From the NCBI GenBank assembly GCA_951812285.1, contig OX638292.1, positions 230,774 through 294,773 on the forward strand: 64,000 nt of DNA. Reading direction: 5' to 3'. Below the pieces are notes generated by a model. It was given only the letters and a program-made list of their open reading frames with translations, was not told where the DNA came from and made no database searches. Position 1 is the stretch's first letter; each line of letters opens with the position of its first letter. This document shows, in pieces, positions 27,129-36,004 of the stretch. This DNA is from an uncultured Dehalococcoidia bacterium (GTDB lineage: Bacteria > Chloroflexota > Dehalococcoidia > Lucifugimonadales > UBA1127). The translations under genes were made by a program, and so were the position numbers.

Positions 27129-27510
27129 CTGAAGGGTGTCGAATGGGCCACATGCCGGGGACAAAGGTGGGGCGCCGTCAAGGTATGGCAGCACCCTGAC
27201 ATCACTACGTTGCCCAACGCCGTAGACCCCTCTATCCTCTACCCATGGACTGCGCACACCGGGACAGACTACACCCAGGCAACGCCCCCGCTTGCCCTAC
27301 CTCCGCTGAGTGCGCCCAATGCTACCGTCCAGGGGTGTTGGGACTTGTGCAGAGGAGATTCGCAGAAGCCCAGTTACTGGCTGAGTCCGATTTGAATTGG
27401 AAATTCAAATCGTATCTGCAGTGAGCGGCTCTAAATCTGATTTGTTTTCCCAAATCGCATGTGAACGCAAAGATACGTATCGAAAGGGGCCTACTCACGC
27501 CGCCCAGCCG

Positions 27511-28533
27511 CTAACGGCGAGTAGCCGCTCCAGCGCGCCCGGCTGGTTGACAGACTTCCGCCACGAAGTACTCCAGTGCCACGCGTTCCGGCAACGCGCC
27601 CGTCTTGATGGAGACGTCCGTGTCGAGCAGTCCTCGGTGCAGGCGCTGAAGGGCACTTGCCGAGAACCGCCGCGCCATCTCCAGCGTTTTCCTTAGCGGG
27701 TACGCTGACGTGATGCCCAGGCGGGTCCCAAGCTCGCCCTGCGGAACCTGTTTCGCCAGTAAGTCCTTGGCTAGCACCGTGAGGCGTACTTGGCGTGCCA
27801 GCATCGCGAATAGGTAAGCGACTGTCGCTTCGCCCTCCAGCAGCCGCGTCAGACTGCTCATGGCGACGGTCCGGTTGCCCTCCAGCACGGCGTCGACCAT
27901 TGCAAATACGCTTACTTCCCTGGCGGAAACCACCAGCTCCTCCACGTCCTCGGCCGTTACAGCTTTGCCCGCGGCGTAGAGGGTGAGTTTCTCCACCTCT
28001 CCAGCGAGCGCCCAGAGGTCTGACCCGACCAGGTCCACAAGAAGATGAACCGCCTGCGTGGTCATGCTGCCCCCGCCCGCCATGACTCGGTTCTGCACCC
28101 AGCCTCGCAGTTCATTGGCGTTCAGCGGCAGGAACTCCCGGACCTCCGCGACGGCTCCCAGGTCGCGCAACAGAGGGTGGTTGGGCCGGAGCGGGCCATC
28201 GACGAAGGCCAGGTCCGTCGTGGGCGGCAGCGTCTCCCCAAAGGTTGCGATGCGCTCACCCCACTCCGTCATTCGTTGACCGCCGCCGCGCCCTCGTCCG
28301 GCGCGCCCCTCGCCCGTCAGCGAGCCCAACAGCCCCTCGACGATGACGAGTCGGCGCTCAGCGAGGAAGGGCATTGCTTGGCACATGTTGACCAGCGCGT
28401 CCGGCACCACCTCGGCCGCCATGAGCGTTGTGATGTTGGCGTCCCGCACGTCCGGCATGCCTACAGCGTCGCGCAGCGTGTCGAGAAACATCCGCAGCGA
28501 GTAGGTGTCCTGTCCGTGTAGCAGGTAGATCAC
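27511..28533 (-). CDS. holA: DNA polymerase III subunit delta
   Basis: 340 aa. Typical N-terminus MIYLLHGQDTYS and delta-subunit domain order. Confidence 0.8.
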   Translation of the reverse strand: MIYLLHGQDTYSLRMFLDTLRDAVGMPDVRDANITTLMAAEVVPDALVNMCQAMPFLAERRLVIVEGLLGSLTGEGRAGRGRGGGQRMTEWGERIATFGETLPPTTDLAFVDGPLRPNHPLLRDLGAVAEVREFLPLNANELRGWVQNRVMAGGGSMTTQAVHLLVDLVGSDLWALAGEVEKLTLYAAGKAVTAEDVEELVVSAREVSVFAMVDAVLEGNRTVAMSSLTRLLEGEATVAYLFAMLARQVRLTVLAKDLLAKQVPQGELGTRLGITSAYPLRKTLEMARRFSASALQRLHRGLLDTDVSIKTGALPERVALEYFVAEVCQPAGRAGAATRR

Positions 28534-28661
28534 GGATTGGAAGCCTCCGGGAGCATGTTCATGTGAACGCCGCTCCCAAGCTATAATGGGTTTGTGCTGA
28601 GTATGAAGAAATGTCCCGGCATTGCCAAGGACGCACTACAACAACTTCCAGACGAGTTGCC

Positions 28662-29729
28662 ATGGATCTCCTGATTATTGGCTTCGCCCAGAGTGGGAAG
28701 ACCTCGTTGTTCAACGCACTTACACACCGGCAGGCTGCGCCGGGCGGGAGGATAGGCGGTAGTATCGGCGTCGCCAAGGTCCCGGATGCTCGGCTGGGCC
28801 CGCTGGCGGAGATGTTCAACCCCCAGCGTGTAGTGCCTGCGGAAATCCAGTACATCGACACCCCGGCGATGGGTGGGGGTCGCAGCCGGGGTGCCGGTTT
28901 GAGCGGCGAGCTCCTGAACCTTATGCAGAGAGCCGACGCCTTCGTGCACGTGGTCCGCGCCTTCGACGACGGAGGATCGCCGCCGGAAGACGCGGTCATT
29001 TCGATGGACCTCGAACTCGCTATGATTGACCTCGGCATCCTTGAGCGGCGCCTTGAGCGGCTCCAATCGTCACTTAAGGGTGCAAGAACAGCGGATCGCG
29101 GTGCCATCGAGTACGAGTCGTCGATGGTCGAGCGGGTGAAGAGCGGTCTGGAACAGGAGATTCCTGTCTATAGACAGGAGCTCGCGCCGGAGGACAGGTC
29201 GGCCTTGGCAAACTTCAATCTGACGACGGCCAAGCCCATGATGGTAGTGTTCAATGTCGCCGAGGAAGATGTGGCCGAAGTTCAGGTTCTGGAGGCCGAA
29301 TGGCGGTCCAGGATCTCACAGGGAAGTCGTGAAGTCGTCGCGCTGTGCGCCAGCCTGGAGGAGGAACTCGCCCAATTGCCTGAGGATGACGAGGCGGAGT
29401 TCCGCGCCTCGCTTGGCGCGGGTCAGCCTGGACGCGACCGTGTGGCTGAGGCGTCATACGCGTTGCTGGGGCTGGTGTCCTTCCTGACAGTTGGCCCAGA
29501 CGAGGTGCGCGCGTGGACCATTGCCCGCGAGACGCCGGCGCGGCGTGCGGCGGGCAAGGTGCATTCGGACATTGAGCGGGGGTTCATCCGCGCGGAAGTC
29601 GTAACCTACGAAGACCTGATGACGGCGGGAGGGCTGGCGGCAGCCCGCAAAGCGGGGCACCTGCGGTCCGAAGGCAAGACCTACCCGGTTCAGGATGGCG
29701 ACGTCGTCAACTTCCTCTTCAGCGTATAG
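28662..29729 (+). CDS. ychF: Redox-regulated ATPase YchF (Obg-family P-loop protein)
   Basis: G1 motif GFAQSGKTSLFNALT. C-terminal YchF/TGS domain (VRAWTI..ETPARRAAGKVHSDIERGFIRAEV). Confidence 0.85.
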   Translation: MDLLIIGFAQSGKTSLFNALTHRQAAPGGRIGGSIGVAKVPDARLGPLAEMFNPQRVVPAEIQYIDTPAMGGGRSRGAGLSGELLNLMQRADAFVHVVRAFDDGGSPPEDAVISMDLELAMIDLGILERRLERLQSSLKGARTADRGAIEYESSMVERVKSGLEQEIPVYRQELAPEDRSALANFNLTTAKPMMVVFNVAEEDVAEVQVLEAEWRSRISQGSREVVALCASLEEELAQLPEDDEAEFRASLGAGQPGRDRVAEASYALLGLVSFLTVGPDEVRAWTIARETPARRAAGKVHSDIERGFIRAEVVTYEDLMTAGGLAAARKAGHLRSEGKTYPVQDGDVVNFLFSV

Positions 29730-29741
29730 GCTGCTAACACC

Positions 29742-30989
29742 ATGAATGTGCAACCACTCGCTCATCCCGACGTCAGCGAGACCGCGCGCAGTCTGAGCGG
29801 CGGAATCGGGCTCTACGTCCACATCCCCTTCTGCGAGACTAAGTGCCCGTACTGTGACTTCAACACCTATGCGGGCATCAATCATTTGCTCCCGCCTTAC
29901 CTCACCGCACTGGATCGTGAGATACAGGTGTGGGGGGCTACTCTCGGACACCCAACGGTCAACTCGGTCTTCTTGGGTGGCGGTACGCCGTCGATGCTTT
30001 CACCAGCGCAGATTGCCACCTTACTGTCGACTATACGAGAGACTTTCACCATCGCCGTCGGTGCCGAGGTTACAGCGGAGGTGAACCCGGACGACGCATC
30101 AGTTGAGCGCTTGTCGGCGTTCCGGGAAGCGGGTGTGAACCGCATCAGCCTGGGTGTGCAGTCACTTGACGACGGCGAGCTGCAAAAACTGGGCCGGCGG
30201 CACGGTGCGGCCGAGGCGCTGGAGGCACTCGCAGCCATATGGGATGCGGGCTACACTAACTTCAGTGCCGACCTGATGTACGGACTTCCGCACCAGGGCA
30301 TGGACACTTGGAGGAGCACCGTAGAACGCGTCATCGCGGCGGGACCGCCGCACGTCTCGGCGTACGCGCTAACGATGGAAGAAGGAACTCCTTTCGGCAA
30401 GCAGGCAGCCGACGGGCAGCTGCCAGAGCAAGACACCGACCTCGCGGCCGACATGTACTGGTGGGCGGATGATGCCTTCGCCAGGGCCGGCCTCAGGAAC
30501 TATGAGATTTCCAACTGGGCGAGGCAAGGCATGGCAAGCCGTCACAACACAACGTATTGGCACAACGTGCCATACCTCGGCGTTGGTCCAGGGGCGCACT
30601 CCTTCATTGGGGGCTACCGGTTTGCGAACATGAAGTCGCCAGTGGGATACATGACCAAGGTACGACTATGGGAGGCGCTGGATGGTGTCGTCGACGTGTT
30701 GCTCCGCGAGTATCCAGGGCCAGTGGCAGATATTGACCCCATGAACGCGCGCACGGAAATGGCGGACAGCGTCATCCTGGGCTTGCGGCTTGCTGAGGGA
30801 GTCTCGGATCTGACCTTCCGTAAGCGCTTTGGCGTCGGCCTGAACGAAGCCTATGGTGAGGTCATCGCTCAGAACGTGGCGCTCGGTCTCTTGCGTTTCA
30901 ACGGCGACGGGCCGGATGCTGTGCTGAGGCTCACAGATCTGGGCAGGTTCCTCGCCAACGAGGCCTTTGTCAGATTCCTCGCAGCTTAG
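29742..30989 (+). CDS. hemW: Radical-SAM heme chaperone HemW (oxygen-independent coproporphyrinogen oxidase-like)
   Basis: LYVHIPFCETKCPYCDFNT (CxxxCxxC radical-SAM cluster), then the HemN-like core and C-terminal HemN_C region. Confidence 0.85.
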   Translation: MNVQPLAHPDVSETARSLSGGIGLYVHIPFCETKCPYCDFNTYAGINHLLPPYLTALDREIQVWGATLGHPTVNSVFLGGGTPSMLSPAQIATLLSTIRETFTIAVGAEVTAEVNPDDASVERLSAFREAGVNRISLGVQSLDDGELQKLGRRHGAAEALEALAAIWDAGYTNFSADLMYGLPHQGMDTWRSTVERVIAAGPPHVSAYALTMEEGTPFGKQAADGQLPEQDTDLAADMYWWADDAFARAGLRNYEISNWARQGMASRHNTTYWHNVPYLGVGPGAHSFIGGYRFANMKSPVGYMTKVRLWEALDGVVDVLLREYPGPVADIDPMNARTEMADSVILGLRLAEGVSDLTFRKRFGVGLNEAYGEVIAQNVALGLLRFNGDGPDAVLRLTDLGRFLANEAFVRFLAA

Positions 30990-30992
30990 GGC

Positions 30993-32183
30993 CTACTCGG
31001 AAGCGAGGCTCTGGCTCGCGGCGGCAACGCCCGCTCCGGATGCCACTTCGTACCCGAACTGCGGCAGCAGCGCTTCCAGCGATGAAAGAAGGATGAGCAC
31101 GTTGCTGGACGTTGAAGACTCGCCCATGAGCCCAATGCGCCACATCTTGCTCGCGAACTGTCCCAACCCGCCACCGATCTCGATGTTGTACTCGGTGAGT
31201 AGGCGTCGGCGCAGGCCCGCGTCATCGACGCCCTCAGGCACGTGGACGCTGGTGAGTTGGTATGTGCAGAATTCTTCGGGCACCAACAGCTCGAGGCCGA
31301 GGGCCGAAAGCCCGGCTCGCAGGGCACGGCCGTTGCGTCGGTGTCGAGCAATTCGGTTGTCTAGCCCCTCCTGAAGCACGAGCCGCAGAGCCTCGCGTAG
31401 GGCGTAGATCATGCTCATTGGCGCTGTATGGTGGTACACGCGGGTTCCCCCCGCCCAGTACTGAAGCAGCAAGCCCAAGTCCAGATACCAACTACGGGCC
31501 TTTTCCGTCCGGTTGCGGATGGCGTCGAGACCCCTGGGGCTGACGGCTACGGGTGACATTCCGGGAGGTGCGCCCAGGCACTTCTGCGTCGCGCTGTAAG
31601 CAAAGTCGATGTCAATCTCGTCAAAGTCCACGCGGGCGCCGCCAAGAGAGGTCACGGCGTCCACAAGGAAGAGGGCATCATATTCATGGGCCAGCTGGGC
31701 AAGCTTGTCGAGGGGCTGAAGGACGCCTGTCGACGTCTCGGCGTGTACTGCCCCAAGCAGCTTCACCTTCGGCTGTTGCTTGAGTACCGCTTCGACCGCG
31801 TCCGGATCGGCAGTCTTGCCCCACTCGACGGGAACTGGGACAACCGTTGCGCCCTGCCGCGAGGCGATCTCTTCCAGGCGCAGACCAAAGAAGCCATTCT
31901 CAACGACGACTGCTACGTCTCCGGGCTCGAGCAAGTTGGCGAGAGCTGCCTCCATGCCGGCTGAGCCAGTACCGGAGACAGGCAAGGTGAATGCCTCTTC
32001 GGTGCCAAAGACTTCGCGCAGCATCTGCGAGACGCCGTCCATAATCTTGATGAACTCCGGGTCCAAGTAACCCAAGATGGGAGCAGACATGGCACGGAGC
32101 ACGCGCGGGTCCACATCGCTGGGGCCTGGACCCAGGAGGGTACGTCGCGGCGGATTGAGCTCCTCAACGGGGCCGGAGGGCAT
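30993..32183 (-). CDS. Class-V aminotransferase (serine-pyruvate / alanine-glyoxylate aminotransferase-like)
   Basis: GPGPS N-terminal motif, SGTGSAGMEAA, and PLP-lysine motif SATQKCLGAPPG. ATG at 32183 follows GAGGTG. An alternative ATG lies at 32195. Confidence 0.85.
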   Translation of the reverse strand: MPSGPVEELNPPRRTLLGPGPSDVDPRVLRAMSAPILGYLDPEFIKIMDGVSQMLREVFGTEEAFTLPVSGTGSAGMEAALANLLEPGDVAVVVENGFFGLRLEEIASRQGATVVPVPVEWGKTADPDAVEAVLKQQPKVKLLGAVHAETSTGVLQPLDKLAQLAHEYDALFLVDAVTSLGGARVDFDEIDIDFAYSATQKCLGAPPGMSPVAVSPRGLDAIRNRTEKARSWYLDLGLLLQYWAGGTRVYHHTAPMSMIYALREALRLVLQEGLDNRIARHRRNGRALRAGLSALGLELLVPEEFCTYQLTSVHVPEGVDDAGLRRRLLTEYNIEIGGGLGQFASKMWRIGLMGESSTSSNVLILLSSLEALLPQFGYEVASGAGVAAASQSLASE

Positions 32184-32391
32184 GGCACACCTCATTGCGG
32201 GTAAGTCTTGGGAAATGCATCACAAGTGAACAAAGGGTAGCAACCGCACCCACGGCCGTCAATGCAATTCATCTTTGGCAGCACAAACTAGGAAACAACA
32301 TAACGCATTTCAGTGGATTCTGCCGGTACATGGATTGGGAATGGATTCGTTGGAAAGGTGGTTCGAAGCAGGCAGTGCCGAATAATCACGC

Positions 32392-34830
32392 CTATGGTTT
32401 CGGAACGCAGTAGCCAACGCCATGCTCCGTGAAAATGTACTTTGGGTTGCGAGCATCGTCGCCCAGTTTCTGCCTAAGGGATTTGACGTAGGCGCGGAGC
32501 AGTTGGGACTCTCCGGAGTACTCGGGTCCCCAAACGCGCTGGAGCAGTTCGTTTTGAGTTAATACTCGCCCGGCGCTAGTACTGAGTTCGCTCAACAGTT
32601 TGAATTCCGTGGGGGTCAGCTTGACAGGGTTCCCTTGAACAATTACCGAACGCGCGGCGAAGTCAACGTTGAGGCCGTCAACTTGATAGGACTCTAGGTA
32701 TTCAGCTCTGTGCGGGTTGCCTCGCTTTCGAAGCGAGGCCTTGATTCTTGCTACTAGCTCAGATGGAGAGAACGGCTTCACGATGTAGTCGGCGGCTCCC
32801 ATCTCAAAGGCGCGAACTATGTGGTCGTCGGAGTCCTGGCGCGAAAGCACAACAACAGGGATGCCGTATTCTGTCGAGACTCGTCTCATCAGATCGTAGC
32901 CCCGAACACCCGCCGTCGATAGGTCCAAGAGAAGGACATCCGGTCGGTCAACGTTCAAGAGTCGTTCTACGTCGTCCAAATCAAATGTAGAGATCGGAGT
33001 GTAGCCGGCCCCGAATAGTGAGTTGCGAACTGACCTCAGGGCGGCAGCATCGTCGACTGCTACAAGTACGCGGATTCGCTCTTTCGACGGAGATGAAAAA
33101 GGGGCACCGGACAGAAACGAGTCGTTTGAAGTGAGGGTGGCGGGTTCATCTGCAACTGGGATGGTGAAGGTGAAGGACATCCCGCGTCCGCCCGCGCCAA
33201 ACCCTGCCCAGATGCGGCCACCGTGGGCCTCCACTATGCCCTTGCAAATGGCCAGATCCAGTCCGTCGCCGTTGAAGGCCTGCCGAGTGAAGTCCGGTCC
33301 TGAAGGGGACAGTCTCCTGAAGAGATAGGAGAGGCCGGTCCCAGGAACGCCAAAGCCATTGGTTGAAATGCTAATTGCGACGAAGATGTCATCCCTCGAT
33401 GCAGATATCCGGATGGCTGTTGTGTCCGTGCAATATCGGTGAGCGTGGTTGAGCAAGTTCTGAACGACCTGATTCAGGCGTTCTTTGTCCGCCATGATCT
33501 GCGGCAACGCTGCGGGGATGGCCCGCTCGATGGCGAACCTGCCCTTTAAGCCTTGATGCTGGTCTATTGCCTCATCTACCAGTGCAGCGACGTTCACACT
33601 CTTCGTTTGCACGGCAAGTAACCCGGCTTCGATTTGGGTGAGTTCGATCAAGCCGTTCAATTGGGAGCGCATGAGGTCTGCTTGGTCGTCAATGATGTGC
33701 AGGAGGTAGCTCGACTCTGTTGGATTGAGTGGGGCTATCGGATCCAAGAGCGACGCAACGGAACCCTTGATCGCGCTTAGGGGAGTGCGGAGTTCATTGC
33801 CGATGGTTACGAGGAATTGGGCGCGCAATCGATCCAGATCCTCTAGTGGGGCCATGTCCTGCAGAGTCACCACAACAGAGGTGACTTCGCCGCCATCCGA
33901 GCGAATGGGAACGGCGTTAACGAGCGCGGACACTGTGGAGCCATCCGGCAGAGTCAAAGTCATCTCCTCCGCGCGGACCGTTTCGCCACTCTTCAATTGC
34001 TCTAATAGACTTGGGAGGTCTAAGGAAAACTCCTGACCACTTGCTCGTCGAATTGTAAATCTGCCAATTATCTGCCGAAGATCCCGATCCTGCGGGCTGA
34101 AATCACCAACCAACTTCTTGGCTTCCTGGTTGAGGGATACAAGTTCCGCGTTGAGGGCGTCGAAGACTAGCACCCCTACTGGGGAAATGTTGATGAGCGC
34201 TTCTAGGTCGGCCTTAGCACGCTGTTCCTCCTCGTATCGCCTGGCATTGGCGATTGCGGCTGCGGCCTGCGACGCGAAGGTAACCAGAGTCTCTTCGTCC
34301 GAAGGGGTAAATTTCCGCTCGCCTTCCTTATCGGCCAGATAGATGCTTCCCACACGTGAGCCGCGAAACTCTACGGGCATTCCCAGAAAGGTGCATACTG
34401 ACAAGTGTTCCCCGGGAAATCCCAGTGAGGATGCGTAACCTGGAAAGTCAGCTAGTCTAAGGGGAGCAGTTAGGCCGTTTAGGTGAGAGTAAAACTCGCG
34501 CATCTTGGGAAGCGACTTCCACGAGTCCTTTAAGTCCAGTGAAATGCCTACCGTTACGGCATGTTCCGTTACTCCTGCGTCATTGACCGAAACGATGGCT
34601 CCGTGCTGAGCGCCAGTGAGCGTGCAGGCCGCCTGAAGGCAATTCTCCAGAACGGTCGTCAGATCTAGACTTTGCGTAGCGTAGAGACTCGCCTCGGTGA
34701 ACTTTGAAAGTCGTTCCCGGAGTTCAGCGTTCTCCTGTGCAAGATCCAGTTCAGCGCTACCCCCGCGAGAGGAGGACTCGGGCGACTCAATGTGAGTTCG
34801 TTCCATGCGGCCACTGTACCAGCTAGGCAC
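32392..34830 (-). CDS. Fused GAF-PAS-histidine-kinase-like (degenerate H/N/G1/G2 boxes)-REC-OmpR-type wHTH regulator
   Basis: 812 aa. The GAF C-terminus (..QAAAAIANARRYEE), PAS, DHp/CA-like region, REC (VAVDD, LLLDL, VVVLS, KPF) and Trans_reg_C (..LTPTEFKLLSEL...YIFTEHGVGY) are all readable. The H-box reads GNELRTPL. Start is GTG 34830 or ATG 34806. Confidence 0.85.
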   Translation of the reverse strand: MPSWYSGRMERTHIESPESSSRGGSAELDLAQENAELRERLSKFTEASLYATQSLDLTTVLENCLQAACTLTGAQHGAIVSVNDAGVTEHAVTVGISLDLKDSWKSLPKMREFYSHLNGLTAPLRLADFPGYASSLGFPGEHLSVCTFLGMPVEFRGSRVGSIYLADKEGERKFTPSDEETLVTFASQAAAAIANARRYEEEQRAKADLEALINISPVGVLVFDALNAELVSLNQEAKKLVGDFSPQDRDLRQIIGRFTIRRASGQEFSLDLPSLLEQLKSGETVRAEEMTLTLPDGSTVSALVNAVPIRSDGGEVTSVVVTLQDMAPLEDLDRLRAQFLVTIGNELRTPLSAIKGSVASLLDPIAPLNPTESSYLLHIIDDQADLMRSQLNGLIELTQIEAGLLAVQTKSVNVAALVDEAIDQHQGLKGRFAIERAIPAALPQIMADKERLNQVVQNLLNHAHRYCTDTTAIRISASRDDIFVAISISTNGFGVPGTGLSYLFRRLSPSGPDFTRQAFNGDGLDLAICKGIVEAHGGRIWAGFGAGGRGMSFTFTIPVADEPATLTSNDSFLSGAPFSSPSKERIRVLVAVDDAAALRSVRNSLFGAGYTPISTFDLDDVERLLNVDRPDVLLLDLSTAGVRGYDLMRRVSTEYGIPVVVLSRQDSDDHIVRAFEMGAADYIVKPFSPSELVARIKASLRKRGNPHRAEYLESYQVDGLNVDFAARSVIVQGNPVKLTPTEFKLLSELSTSAGRVLTQNELLQRVWGPEYSGESQLLRAYVKSLRQKLGDDARNPKYIFTEHGVGYCVPKP

Positions 34831-35093
34831 GTTTCTTCACAATATGCACATACTCTGCATCATTTCCTATCCAGAGCAACCGAACTAACAACAAGGATTC
34901 TTTAGTCTTGCAGGTACAAGATGAGGGCGCACGGATTTGAGTCAATTCCTAGGTCAAATGAGACATAAGAAGATGTCGGGGTGGAGTTCTTCACAATATT
35001 TTCATAGAATCGCGCCATTATTCATGCACATCTCATATTCTCAGTGTACATTGTTACCCGATATGGCCAACTAGGTGGGGAAGAGGTGGTTGA

Positions 35094-35573
35094 GTGGTGG
35101 CAAGAACGGAGAGGATCGGCAAGGAACTCGAGGACAGCTATACCGACTTGGGGATGTCGGTTGTAAGTCTTGTAAATGTTGTATCGAAGGGCACGGCCGA
35201 GCTAGTTGCATCACAGAACCTGGCTCCGTTGGAATTCGCGATACTACGCGGCTTTCTGGGTAACGAAGAATGGACTATCTCCGAAATGGCGCTGGCCCTT
35301 GGAGTGAGCCCTTCTCGTGTCAGCAGAGTCGTGTCGCGGCTGGTTGGGCTAGGAATGTTGCGCCGCCGAAGGCTTCGGAGCGACCGGCGAGTAGTTCGGT
35401 TGACTTTGACTGCACAGGGCCGTGAACTAGCTAACGACATTCAGCAGCGCGCACAGGTATATGACGCTCAACTGTATCAGGGCATTAGCGACACGGAGCG
35501 CGCTTGCTTCGTGTCGACAGCGGCTAAGATCTTGTCCAATTTCGCCGCCTTGGAGGGTCCAAGGGGTAGCTAA
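35094..35573 (+). CDS. MarR-family transcriptional regulator
   Basis: 159 aa with a winged-helix core (ISEMALALGVSPSRVSRVVSRLVGLGMLRRRRLRSDRRVVRLTLT.QG). GTG start follows GAAGAGGTGG. Confidence 0.85.
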   Translation: MVARTERIGKELEDSYTDLGMSVVSLVNVVSKGTAELVASQNLAPLEFAILRGFLGNEEWTISEMALALGVSPSRVSRVVSRLVGLGMLRRRRLRSDRRVVRLTLTAQGRELANDIQQRAQVYDAQLYQGISDTERACFVSTAAKILSNFAALEGPRGS

Positions 35574-35946
35574 GACGACAGTCCCAGATCCTAGAGCATT
35601 TGAAAAGCTTCCCCCAGTTGAAACATATTTCTAGCAAGCCCACTTACAAAGGCGCAACACTTCTGTCTAAGCGGTGTTTGATGCGAGTGGGCAGTTCGCA
35701 GATTCAGCCCTCGTTGGGCACTGTGTGTTCCATGGGGTATGAGCTTCCTCGTCGAACTGAAATGGACTGGCTCGACTACTGTGCAGGCTTTGTTGCATCT
35801 AGATCGAGTCCGTTGAGCCAATCAATGAAACTGCTAGCTTGTTCCGATTCCACTCTTGTTGAGTCACCGAGGGCTCGCCAGAGTTAGGAAAATCTAGTCT
35901 TGCCCTCCTCCACTCTCCTTGAGGAGGTGACTGAAGGCCTTCTTTG

Positions 35947-35975
35947 TTGACACTCCTTGGAGCGCCCCATATTAT
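35947..35975 (+). promoter_or_regulatory. Candidate promoter driving the cobalamin riboswitch and btu operon
   Basis: TTGACA, 17 nt, TATTAT, about 30 nt upstream of the first riboswitch helix. Confidence 0.5.
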
Positions 35976-36004
35976 CGGAGCCATCGTTCACATATGTTCA
36001 CAGC

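Noticed and set aside
35600-35887. 95-aa plus-strand ORF and the 76-aa minus-strand ORF (35591-35821) in the marR-riboswitch spacer.
   Set aside because: No SD, odd composition (Ser/Cys/Leu-rich) and mutual overlap. I treat this as non-coding spacer pending expression data.
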